Origin: Eledone cirrhosa
Taxonomy: Eukaryota
Assembly (NCBI GenBank): GCA_964016885.1
Contig: OZ024747.1
Coordinates: 18,414,001-18,478,000 of the forward strand
Reading direction: 5' to 3'
Length of the DNA stretch: 64,000 nucleotides
The notes beneath the pieces are model-generated. The model was not told the DNA's origin. It made no database searches and saw nothing but the letters and a program-made list of their open reading frames with translations. Below, piece after piece: positions 40,638 through 54,067 of this stretch (position 1 is the first letter of the stretch; each line of letters starts with the position of its first letter). The position numbers and the translations under genes were made by a program.

Positions 40638-40920
40638 TATTTTCGTTAGCTTCGTTTAACATTTCTGTCAGACGATTGAAATTTTTTACGCCACAAAATT
40701 TTTAAAAACAGGTTTTTCACCCCTGGGAGGGGCAAAGATGAGCTGACCCACCGCCTGACAGTTCAGACGGGGGGGTCAAGCTACACAATAGTATCAAAAT
40801 TAAAATTGAACTTACAAAATTTCCGCAATAAATTTGAACAAAACTTCTGCGCGAAGTGAATTACATCTACGCTGTAGAACAGACGACAGCTAGATTATAA
40901 AAGTGGTAGATAGATAGATA

Positions 40921-42630
<1,710 letters not shown>

Positions 42631-42665
42631 ATTAGAAAAAACGTGTAAGTTTCGTTTACATTGTG

Positions 42666-42732
42666 TATATATATAGGTTGAGTTGTTTCACCAGTCTGTG
42701 GCTATTTGACTACTCAGATAAAGCAGGTAAGC
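42666..42732 (+). promoter_or_regulatory. candidate TATA box, initiator and short non-coding first exon of the repeat-precursor gene
   Basis: TATATATA at 42666, CCAGTC Inr-like motif about 27 nt downstream, then a strong donor CAG|GTAAGC at 42726/42727. The ATG exon at 47190 begins with an acceptor, so it needs an upstream exon. The linkage is inferred. Confidence 0.35.
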
Positions 42733-44454
42733 ATCTTCTCTACCTTTCGTTAATTTTTAAAGAAGCTCTTCATATTCCAACTTGAAGGATATTTTAGATG
42801 TGTTTTGAAGTTTTTTTATAAAGCCTCGAGGCTTATCTTATCGGAGTTCGAACGTGGAATGAAGTGCTTCGCTTACGATCCTAAGATCATGCTACCAACA
42901 TCCTTACTCTGTACCGCGCGTCTTCACAATATTATGTTTAGAATAAGAGCGGTGGTTTGGCGGTATTAGCAGAGGGTCGGACGCCATGCTTTGCAGCAGA
43001 GAGTTACGCCCCTTTACAGTCTGAGTTCAATTCCCGCCGAGGTTAACTTTGCCTTTCATCCTTACGGGGTCGATAAAATAGAACCAGTAATGCACTGGGG
43101 TAATTGCTGGTCTTGAGCCCAAAGTAGAAACAATTATATTTAGAACTACATTATCTAATGTGCCTTTCCTTATTCAAGGCTGTAAGGCGTGAATTGGAGG
43201 ACCTTTGTCTGTTAGTTCTAGTAAACCGAATGACTTCACAAAAGCACGTACGTTGGCTTTTTCCTGTAGGCATCAACCAGTAACTCTCTAAGTGAATCGT
43301 TGACTACGTTGTTGATTTCCCGTCTTGGAGAGTCTACTATGGGGACAGTTTCTTCCTTCAAACTAAAACAAACAAACAAATAATCCATAGGTGCGGCTTT
43401 GCCTTTTATTGTTTCTAGTGCTAAAACTTCGCCGAAGTCATCTTTACTTTCACCAGTTCAGAGTGTGATCAGATGGGACTCATACGGTATTTATTCCGAC
43501 TCATTCTGTTCTGAGTTTAAATGTCACTGTAGCCTACTTACGCATTTACTTAATCCATCGCCCGATTTAACACATCATCACTTACCCCTGTTAGGTGTTT
43601 AGGAGATACCACTTTGTAGCACACTGTCTGTTTGTCTTTCTCTCTTTCAAACACACACACCCTCTCTCCCATTCCCTAGAAGAAATCTGTCGTGTTCAGA
43701 CCTGAAGGTGGGATGGACGCCACCAGATTTTAAAAATGCCCAAGACACTCCGTATGTAACTATGTCACACCTTAGACTCTATCAAGTGTCCATACAAATG
43801 GTGTTTCTAGGATGACCAGGTATGTAGAATGGTTGTCGTTATAATGTTTAATTCGTTGAGGAGGAATATGGTCCAGTTCTAGATAAACCATTCGCTGTTA
43901 CCTCATTAATTTACAGCATTATCTTAGTCTTGCATATGTTGGGTAGAAGGGTCTCTATGTGGTCACTCGGCCTGTAAGAAATAGCAGTCAAATCTCCTCG
44001 TATCATGCTTTACTATTATTTGTGCTAGAAAAAATATTTTCCCTGATATTACACCTACTTCATTTTTTTTAAAGGAAGGACATATTGCGTAATGTAGTTC
44101 TAGATACACTGTGTCTAAAAAAATGACATGGTAACAGCTGGAATGGAAAAGAAAAAAAAAACCATTCATAAGGCTGACTTCTGGCTAAACAACAACTTTT
44201 ATTAAACAATTTCAAAGCCTTCTAAAAGTCAGAAATGTCGTGTTAATGTGGTCACTTAACATGCTAGAAATAACAGCGAAATGTTTCTCGAATCACTCGC
44301 TGCTGTTTTAAAAAAGGCAGATACATTGGATAATGTGGTGTATCGTGTTTCGGGAAAAGACGAGATAATCTCGCCTGGAACCTCTTTGACCATAAATCTA
44401 TTCTATAAGGACTCTCTTCAAGATAAGTCACAACGATAACAATGACGACAACGA

Positions 44455-45530
44455 TTACGTTTGGTATCTGGATGATGCTACGTTGGGCGGGCCCGTACGG
44501 ACGGTCTGCCAAGACCTTCAATCGGTGATTCCTGCCCTGGCGGGAATCGGCCTCCAGGTCAACTCAGCCAAGTCGGAAGTGGTGAACGTCAGCCTCAATG
44601 CTGCGAGCTTTGCAGCCTCCGTCTTGGACGTGCGGTCCATTCTCCACCAGGTTCAGGTGACCCCCCAAAGAGGATGTCCTCATCCTCGGGTCACCGATCC
44701 ACCCGCCGGCCATCCACTCCACCATCAGGTCCAGGCTTCAACAGCTCCAGACTCTCACGAGCCGACTGGGCTTGATTGACGGCCACCCAGCTCTCTTTCT
44801 GCTGAGGAACTGCTTCGCCATGTCAAAGCTCCTCTATACACTCAGCAGCGCTCCATGCTACACCCAGACATCTCTCCTCGCTGACCTCGATACTTGTATC
44901 CGAGCAGCAGCCGAGGGAATATGCAACGTCAAGTTTGACGACATAGGGTGGCAACAGGCCACTTTACCGGTCAGGTATGGCGGCTTAGGTCTCCGATCCC
45001 CGATCTCACTAGCTTTGCCGGCGTATCTTTCGTCGGTAACCTCGTGCCGCGTCCTCGTCAGCAGGGTTCTTCAAAACACAACAGAACCCTCTGTGTTCAG
45101 AGAACGTGAGGCCGCCTGTGAGACGTGGAACCGGCTGGGACTTAGCCCAGTAGACGTCCCTCCTCCTTCTTCCCCTGTTGACGTCAAGTCCCCCCAACGC
45201 ACTTGGGATGCCATCCAGTGCCAGCTCGACCAGCACCGCCTTGCTTGTTTTCGTGCGGCCTCCAAACCCTACAGTGGTGCCTGGCTCTATGCTCTGCCCT
45301 CCTTCTCCATTGGCACGCAGCTAGACAACCATAGCCTGCGAATCGGCGTTTCCCTGAGGCTCGGCCTCCGGATCTGCCATCCACACCAATGTCGCTGCGG
45401 TTCCACCGTGGACTCTTTCGGCCTCGACCCGCTTTCCTGTCGCCACAGTGCCGGCCGCATTCCACGCAATACTGCCCTCAACGAGGTCATTAAGCATGGC
45501 TTGGACGCTGCAGGCTTCCCTTCCCAGCTC
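44455..45530 (+). mobile_element. CRE-like non-LTR retrotransposon fragment (RT end and CCHC region)
   Basis: WYLDDATLG, GLQVNSAKSE, QATLPVRYGGLGLR, SGAWL, CRCG..VD..GL.PLSC..SAGRIPR; frameshifted. Confidence 0.8.
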
Positions 45531-46349
45531 GATAATAATGTTATTTATACAACCGCGAATAAAATAATTCTTACGACGACTACGACGACAACTTTGGCAT
45601 ATGGAGAATGTATATTAAAAAATTGAAAACTATTTTGCTTTTTCTTGGTTTATTCGCTCGACTCTGAGCAAATCTTTCTTTCTCATACCACCTTATTCTT
45701 TCTCTTTCTTGTTTAGCCAGCAGTTAGCTTTTTGTTTCATCCGCAATAGAATAGAATTGTAGTTGCAGTTAGCACTATATTAATCAGCATCACCTTCGAT
45801 GGTTAGTGAAAACACGCCTCTGGCCCCCAGCAGTTTGCTAGTTACTGTTGCCTGATTCCTGGACCAGTTTTAAGATCCTGTCCGCTTCTATTCGTGTGTC
45901 TATCGAAAGACACGGAACTTAACTATTTCTGTATCTATTCTTTTTACCGTTAGCTCTAAGGGTGTTCAACATGTTGAATTAATACAGCTTCGTAATCCAA
46001 ATATTTCTATATTTATCTTAATGAAGTCTAGAAGAGGCTTAACATTATTATTATTATTTTTTTTACTGCTTAGTTAGAGACGGGGAAGTAGCGCTTATAA
46101 GCATTTGCTGTGTCTCTGACACAAGTGTGTGTGTGTGTGTGTGGTGGTGGTGGTGGTGGTGGGTGGGTGGGTGGGGGGGGGGGGGGGGGGGGACGACTTC
46201 GCTAAAAGTAACCTAGAACCTATATTTTTCTTTTGCAACAATCTGGAGACATATTATTTAGTATTATTGGTGGTTTGCGACTTCTTTGCAATCTCCGCAG
46301 TGTTGGGGGCGGCACTTTGGGTTTCCTCTTCCTCGTAGTCCGTTGACAG

Positions 46350-46870
46350 AGGTTGACTTTGCCTTTCATCCTTATGGGGTCGATAAAATAAAGTACCAGT
46401 AATGCACTGGGTAATTGCTGGCCTTGTGCCTAAAGTAGAAACAATTATTTAATGGTGGATTGGCAGTATCGGTAGAGTGTCGGACGCCATGCTTTCCAGC
46501 ATAGTTACGTCCCTTTACGGTCTGTGTTCAAATCCCGTCGAGGTTAACTTTACCTTTCATCCTTACGGGGTCGATAAAATAAAGTACAAGTAATGCACTG
46601 GGTAATTGATGGCTTGGTGCCAAAAGTAGAAACAATTATTTAATAAACACAAAGGGCGATGAATTGGCAGTATCGGTAGAGGGTCGGACGCTATGCTTCG
46701 CAGCATTGAGTTACGTACCTTTACGTTCTGAGTTTAAATTTCGATGAGGTTAGCTTTGCCTTTCATCCTTCTAGGGTCGATGAAATAAAGTACCAGTCAC
46801 GTTCTGGGGTCGATATAAACGACCTTTCTTTTCCTCCAAATTATTAACCTTATGCCTAAATCAGAAACCC
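46350..46870 (+). mobile_element. three tandem tRNA-derived SINE copies
   Basis: The family core is repeated three times head-to-tail. Further single copies at about 32480-32795, 42950-43135, 48910-49125, 50085-50195, 57430-57715. Confidence 0.85.
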
Positions 46871-47191
46871 ATATTTAATAAATACTTGGTATGGTCTTCT
46901 CTTCAATCGTAGTTTTTACATACGAATAGTATGATTTTTCTCGGCTGGTTCTTCGTCTATATCTTCTATTTTTTTTTCTCACTTCCCTCTCAATCTCTTT
47001 CCTTCTCTGGCAGAAATAGGTTGTGTATAGATATGAAGAGGTGATGGACCCCACCATGTTTACAATGCCCAAGACACTGCAGCACTCCTATGATTCCATC
47101 AGGTGTTACGAGTCATTGCTAATATAACATCGCTTTTATAGCCTTTTTTTTTTGTTTTCATATAATTTTTTTTCTTTTTCAATATTCAGCC

Positions 47192-47252
47192 ATGAAAACC
47201 TTATGCCTTTTATTATTAATCACCCTTGCGGCTTGTTATGGTGAGCCCCAAA
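47192..47252 (+). CDS. signal-peptide exon (MKTLCLLLLITLAACYGEPQ) of a secreted repeat precursor
   Basis: Polypyrimidine tract and TTCAG acceptor (47189), CCATG start, classic n/h/c signal peptide, GTAAGT donor at 47253 (phase 1; alternative phase-1 donor GTGAGC at 47241). Confidence 0.75.
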
Positions 47253-47288
47253 GTAAGTATTTTAATATTTATTTTAAGTGTCACACCC

Positions 47289-47391
<103 letters not shown>

Positions 47392-47719
47392 CATCATGTT
47401 TAATATAGAAATGGCTTTTACATACAGGACTAGAACTGTTTCATTCAAAGGAAATCATCAGGGCTTTCCTGATGAATCCGTGAAATGAAAGAACCCGTAT
47501 TCAACACAGTTCTTATACATTTATCATTCACTCCTGGTACTAAAAATTTTCGCCACGCCTCATATATGAGCGAAATACAAGTCTTCAAATGTTATAACCA
47601 CACTAGGAGTTAAACTTAGTATTGGAGTTCAACTTTCTCCATGACCACTAAATACTGAAGTTCCAGCAATTATTGCATTTGATAAGCCTGCATTTGATAC
47701 ACTAAATACTGAAGCTCCA

Positions 47720-48620
47720 TCAATTATTGCATTTGATAAGCCCCATGCCTTCCGCCATTCTTGAAAACGGCTCCGAGAAACTTGAACTTATACACCTGCT
47801 TCAGAGTAACTCCACTCATATGCTGTGCGCACTGCACAGACTTTTTCGAGAGAAAGACTGTCTCTCTACCTTCGCAGCATTTATATTCATTCTTACCAGG
47901 CAGCACTCGCCAGCAAGCTTATCAAGTGCATGTCGGAGATTACCTTCTGACGAGTTAAGTAGCACCATGTCGTTTGCAAATATTAGCTGATAGACCTTAT
48001 ACTTGTCAGTTTTGATACTACTTCTGACTCGATTATAAGCAGGGGCGGTGACCATACGCACACTTGGCAGAGTTCGACAACCACATTGAATGGTTTCAAC
48101 TTAGCACCATTTATCTGAACACAAATTTGTATATGGACTTCAAAGCAACAAGAAGGTCTCCATTGATACCATACTCTTGCAGAACCTCATACAAGTTCCT
48201 TTGGTCATTATTCATTCTTGAGTAACGACCTAAAATATACACGAATACTTGCGGCCGAAATGGGGTTCCTCCATAGGATCTTTGGAGTAACATTACTTGA
48301 GAGAGTGCGTAGTTCGTAGATTAGGAAGTCAGTCCAGGTGGAGTTGCTACTTTTCTGCATTGAGAGATCAGAGCTTCAGTACTACGGACATATGTTTTGA
48401 ATGTCCAAGGAAAGACTCGCTGGACAGATATTACAGGTAAAGCCAACTGGTAAGAGACTCCGAGGGGGACTATGAACAAGATGGTTGGATAACATCCAAA
48501 ATCTCAGCTGGTCTCGTTTAGGGATCCAGAAGGATCCTCTGGAGATTCTGGAAGGCGTGTCTGAGGACTCAGCCCTCACAACACTCTCGGGAATAAGTGG
48601 ACGACGAAGAAGAAGAAAAG
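47720..48620. mobile_element. RTE-clade LINE fragments (minus strand about 47720-48260, plus strand about 48290-48620)
   Basis: LIFANDMVLL, VYKFKFLG, VLQEYGINGDLLVALKSIY on the minus strand; GKRLRGG..RWLDNI and (GAA)n tail on the plus strand. Confidence 0.65.
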
Positions 48621-49329
48621 CTTTTTTCAAGTTATACCGACGGTATGAGATAAAACTAACAGCACAATTCAAATCTATTTACGCTATAGCCACGGTAAGG
48701 GTCAAACTCAGTATTTAAATTAGCGATAAACAGAGACAACAAGGTCTCTTGACTTATCTGAAATACCAGTCAAATACACCTCAAATCACACCCTACAATC
48801 TTTAAAAGATACGGGCACATTGCATATTGGGGTTCTAAATGCTTTATGTCCGAAAAGTTAAATGCAATGTCCATGGCTGGAGTGTCTTTGATTATAAGTC
48901 TGATGATGGTGAATTGGTAGTATCGGTAGGGCGTCGGACATCATGTTTTGCAGCATGGCGTTACGGCCCTTTATGATCTGAGTTCAAATCCCGTCGAGGT
49001 TAGCTTTGTCTTTCATCCTTACGAGGTCGAGAAAATAAAGCACCAGTAACGCACTGGGGTCGATTTAATTGACTTTCCCCTCTCCCAAAATTGCTGGCCT
49101 TGTGCCTATAGTAGAAATCATTATAGGTCTGATAGATCAGAGCTAACCTGGCCTAAATGATAAAAACCACAACAGCAACAATAATAACAATAACAATAAC
49201 AATAACAAAACGGATTTTCTACCCTTTCAGAAGTTTGGCAAAAAATGTAAATAAAAAAATAAGTTAACTAAAAAGTAACACAAAATACATGAACGTTATA
49301 GAAAGCTTACGTGGAAAGTGATGCAATTT

Positions 49330-49680
49330 AGGTAATGCAATTTAGCTTTGTCGCTTTGGCGGCCCGCAATACAGAGGAAAGGAAGACAAATAAATACCGG
49401 GGATTGTCCGGCCGCTTCTTTTTCGCACCGGTCGCCCTCGAGACCTTAGGAGTACTCGGACCCTGAACTGCCGAACTCCTCCGCAAGTTCGGAACGTCGG
49501 CAACCCGTCTGAGGAAATGATTTTGCGGTGTTATCCATGGGGCGCAACCACACCACCACCACACCCTTGGCCCAGAGCCCATCACCCTTCTATTCTTCTG
49601 TGATCCCAGAGGCCTTGCCTTTCTCTTCCTTTCCTGTTTTTAAATATTAATACAGTTTTGTTGTTGTTCATTTAGGTATT
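49330..49680 (+). mobile_element. CRE-like RLE 3' fragment
   Basis: AARNTEERKTNKY...FAPVALETLGVLG motif. Confidence 0.55.
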
Positions 49681-50506
49681 TGATTCTCTATTGTTGTTTC
49701 ATTGTAGCGTGTCAACTGGTAACAAGCTGTAATTTTAAGGGAGAATTATTTATTGATCCTGGAACTGGTCTTTGTTATCTCATAAAATGCAGGAGAACAA
49801 AAATGGGTATTACAAAAATATGTAAATATACAGGTAAGTACAGATACAGTTAATGTTACATGTATATATGGTGTGGTAAATAAATATATACATATATATT
49901 AGGTCTGAACATAATGGTTTCTGATTTAGGCACAAGACCAGCAATTTTAGGGGAAGGGAAAGTCGATTAATTCGGCCCCAGTGCGTGACTATTATAAGTA
50001 AATGGGGGCCCACGCGCTGGCCGCCACGAGGTCCCGGTCGACAGAATTAATGTCAGAAAAATTAACTTAATTATCCAAATACATGCTTACGGGGTCGATA
50101 AAATAAAAGTACCAGACCCGCACTGGGGTCGATTTAATCGACTTTCCTCTCTCCCCAAATTGCTGACCTTGTGCCTATGTAAGAAACCATTATTATAAAA
50201 AGTTTCGCTATTTTAGAAAGTTAAGAGAGATGGAGAGATGTATGGCTATATCGACATCTCCCTCATATCTGACTGATGTTGGGAATTTCTTTCAGTCTTA
50301 TGCATAAAACATCAGTTTGTAAGTTATAAGTCGGCATAGACACACATCTCTCCATCTTTCATAACTTTTGGAACTCATAAAACTTGTGAAACCGGTAAAG
50401 TTATAAGTTATTGTAAATAATCCTTCTTAAAGACTCTAATTGCATTTTCAAATTCTTTCTCTATATTTTTACCCGTGTGGGATATATTAAAAAACCTTAC
50501 TTTCGA

Positions 50507-50546
<40 letters not shown>

Positions 50547-53130
50547 TATAGAATAATCAAAACTATGTTCAAAACATTTTATTGCTGACAATCGTTTCTT
50601 TCAAACTTTCGTTTGGAATCATCGGAGCACTAGCAAAGTTTAGACATAATTAACCTCCTATTCTACAGAACAATTGTAAAGATACATAGATGTTAGTGTT
50701 GTCATTAACAGTGTCATATTTAAAGAGTGGATATGATGTGGTCAGTATCAGTGGATGCGACAAAGATTATAAAAGAATAATACAATAATTATAGAGGAAT
50801 TAAAGAAGAAAGTTACTCGCGAAACGAGGACATTAGCAGTACATATGCAAGCGTATAGAAAGAGTGCAGATGTGTTAGGCATGTACAGAATAACCAGGTA
50901 AGAAACAAGCAAAGGTACTAAGCATATATTACACAGTATGGTAAAGGTATCACATAATACAATACAAGTATAAAAGCATATTAAGCAGACAGAGATGCTT
51001 GTGTATGAAAAGCAGTTTCTATGAAGTTTATGGTGGATGTAGTGTGATAATTGTTCCGGTAATGTTCAAATGTGTATGTGCTGTGAATATTATTAATATT
51101 AAGGTTTTCCTTTCCATTATATTGGTTAAATTTTAGTAAATGTTTATCAGTAGCTACAACTATGGATTGTATATTGGTCCTATTACAATATTATCAAGAG
51201 TTCGAGTTGTTCTAGAGTGATCTGTCTAACGGTTTAATTATATTCCGGCTCTGTAAAACATCTGATGTATTTACATTGAGCTATTTTTCTTACTGGTAAT
51301 AAGGTAGTAATGAATTATTGACCTTTCCTGTTTATAATTATATATAGTGTATATATAAGTATAAATAATAATATTATATATATATATATTGTTATACTTT
51401 GGGGGTCATGCTGCCAATAAAAATGCACGCACCTGTTGGTGGAAATATATATATATATAATTCCCTGAACCTAAGGAACAATTTATACAGTTGCTGTAGA
51501 CATAGATTGAACTCAACGTTTAAATATAAATTTAAAATGTAATATATAATTAATTAATTAATTCTATTAATATATTGAACCTATCGATAAATCATTAGAT
51601 TCCTTCATTTTTTGACTGCTTATACACTCAAGTAAAAAAAACTGTTCTTCCTAAATATAAATAAATATAATAAACTCTTCTAGAGAAATATACTGAAAGC
51701 TCTTAAAAGGGGAAAATATTTTTTGATAGTTTCTCCTATTTTCGAAAGTTTATCTTTTGAAAGTTTCTTTTTATTTCTCTTATGGATATAAAATTAAGTT
51801 AAATATACGTAGAAAATTTGTATACTAAATTTATTAAATATATTATTATTTTGAAATTATAACTTGAAATATTCTATAATATTTTTAAAGTTACATTGTT
51901 TTAAAGTTATATTGCTTATAATTATATTTCCAAATCGTAATATAATTCTTTTGTATTTTATGTACTTCAATTATACCATGTACTGTATTTATATATAATT
52001 TTCTCTCTTTATATGTGTATATATATATATGTATGTGTGTATTGATATGCCTGTACATATGTTTTATGCGTGTATGTCTATCTGTATGTATATATATATG
52101 TGATGCATATCTACCTATTTGTGTGGGTACACACATATATGTATGTATATGTGGGAATTGTGTATGTATATATATGTGTATATGCATGCAATTCGATTGC
52201 ACTTAATAACAGTCATAACTACATAACAGGTAATCTTATAAAACTTATATAAAAAAAATTTGTTTAATAACATAAAGTGTGTATAACATAAAATTTCCTT
52301 TAATATCTTAACAATTGTAACATTTATATAACTAAATAACGTAATTTTCCTTCACGCTGCTTTGATATTACATTGAAATGATTTTCCCTGATTTTATAAG
52401 ATTCCTATATTGTAAATAAAAAAATCCTTTATATTTTGTATGTATATATTATATACGTAGTTAGATATGTATATATATTTTTATACGTGTGTATATATAT
52501 ATTTATATGTATGTATTTTTGCGTGTGTATATGTGTTATATAATATATAGATTTTTAATAACATAGTCTTAATAATAATATATAGATTTCTTAATATATA
52601 GATCTCAATTTTTAATGTATTGATCTCAATATTTTAACTGATTAACAAAACATTTAATCATATTTAAACAATGGTTAAATTTCTCATATTATATATGTAT
52701 ATTCCATTCATGATTATTAACATTTCTAATTTTATTTATTCATTTCATCTCAAATGTTAAGATAACTTAACAAGATAAGTCTTAGAGTTTTCGCTCTCTC
52801 TCCTTTCTCTTTCTCCTCTCTCTCTCTCTTTTTTTTTCTCTGTTGTTCTGCTCTCTCTCTCTCTTTCTCTTTCTCCGTAACCCAACGGCTTATTTAAAAA
52901 TATCCAATACTAACTTACCTAATAGTATAATTAAAGATATATCTCCCCTATCCGGGAGCTTCCAACAGTAATGGTTGCATTCTTTAAGGATATGTCAATA
53001 TTTATTTATAAAACTGCTCTATATTATATTTTATCTGATGAAAGCACACCATAATTTAACTTGGTGTCCTTGAAATATGTATAATGAAATAAATATGGTT
53101 TTATAAATATAGTTTCCATTTGTTAATATC

Positions 53131-53256
<126 letters not shown>

Positions 53257-53970
53257 TAGCTAAACTACCCGTCCTTTGTAAATTTAAATACATAGAAGAA
53301 ACACGATTGTAAAAATAAAGATTAATTGTAAAATGTATTTGAAGTACATGTAGTGGTATAACGTTGGAAATGTACAGGGTATGAAAGTTAATAGTTAAAT
53401 TATGTGGCAGAAACGTAGTTTAATCAGTGCAAAAAAATGGAATAATTGTAAGTCTTTGATGTATAAACCATCCTTTAGATCAATTTAAGCACAATAGTGT
53501 AAAAGTTATGAGATCAGTTAAAATGAACATCAAACTTGAAACGATAAATTATACAATGTCAAATCTATAACTTAACTTAGTAATCTGTTAGAAATTGCTG
53601 GTTGTGAAATATACCAAATGATATTGTTATTTCTCTTTGTTTCAAGTAGAAAGAGTTAATTAAAATCCGAATGAGCCGAATTAAGAAAGATAACTCTTGA
53701 TTACGAAAGATAACTCTTGTCTTACTTAATCACGAAAATTCACATAAATAACAAACATTTTTTAATGTCTCCAAAGCCCCAATATCGATTTTTCAAAGCC
53801 TTTGTAGATCATGTACAGGTTTTGTGCAAGGGAGAAACTATGTAAAAAATTTCAAAGAAATCGCATGAATGGTTTAGAATATATGAGCCCTCATTAAAAA
53901 AGGTCGACACATATATACACATACATACAGAAATTTTCAAATTTAAATATATACAGATATATATATTATG

Positions 53971-54051
<81 letters not shown>

Positions 54052-54067
54052 AAATATTTCTTTACAG

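Larger units (their letters stand above)
35085..40899 (-). mobile_element. full-length L1/Tx1-clade LINE with 21-bp TSD; ORF2 frameshifted
   Basis: TSD AAAGTGGTAGATAGATAGATA at 35064-35084 and 40900-40920. ORF1 and ORF2 (APE, RT, C-terminal Cys motif) are present; AATAAA near the 3' end. Confidence 0.88.

Noticed and set aside
54040-54067. GTG start of the 993-aa ORF
   Set aside because: It lies in a (TG)n/polypyrimidine tract; the true exon start is the AG at 54066-54067.
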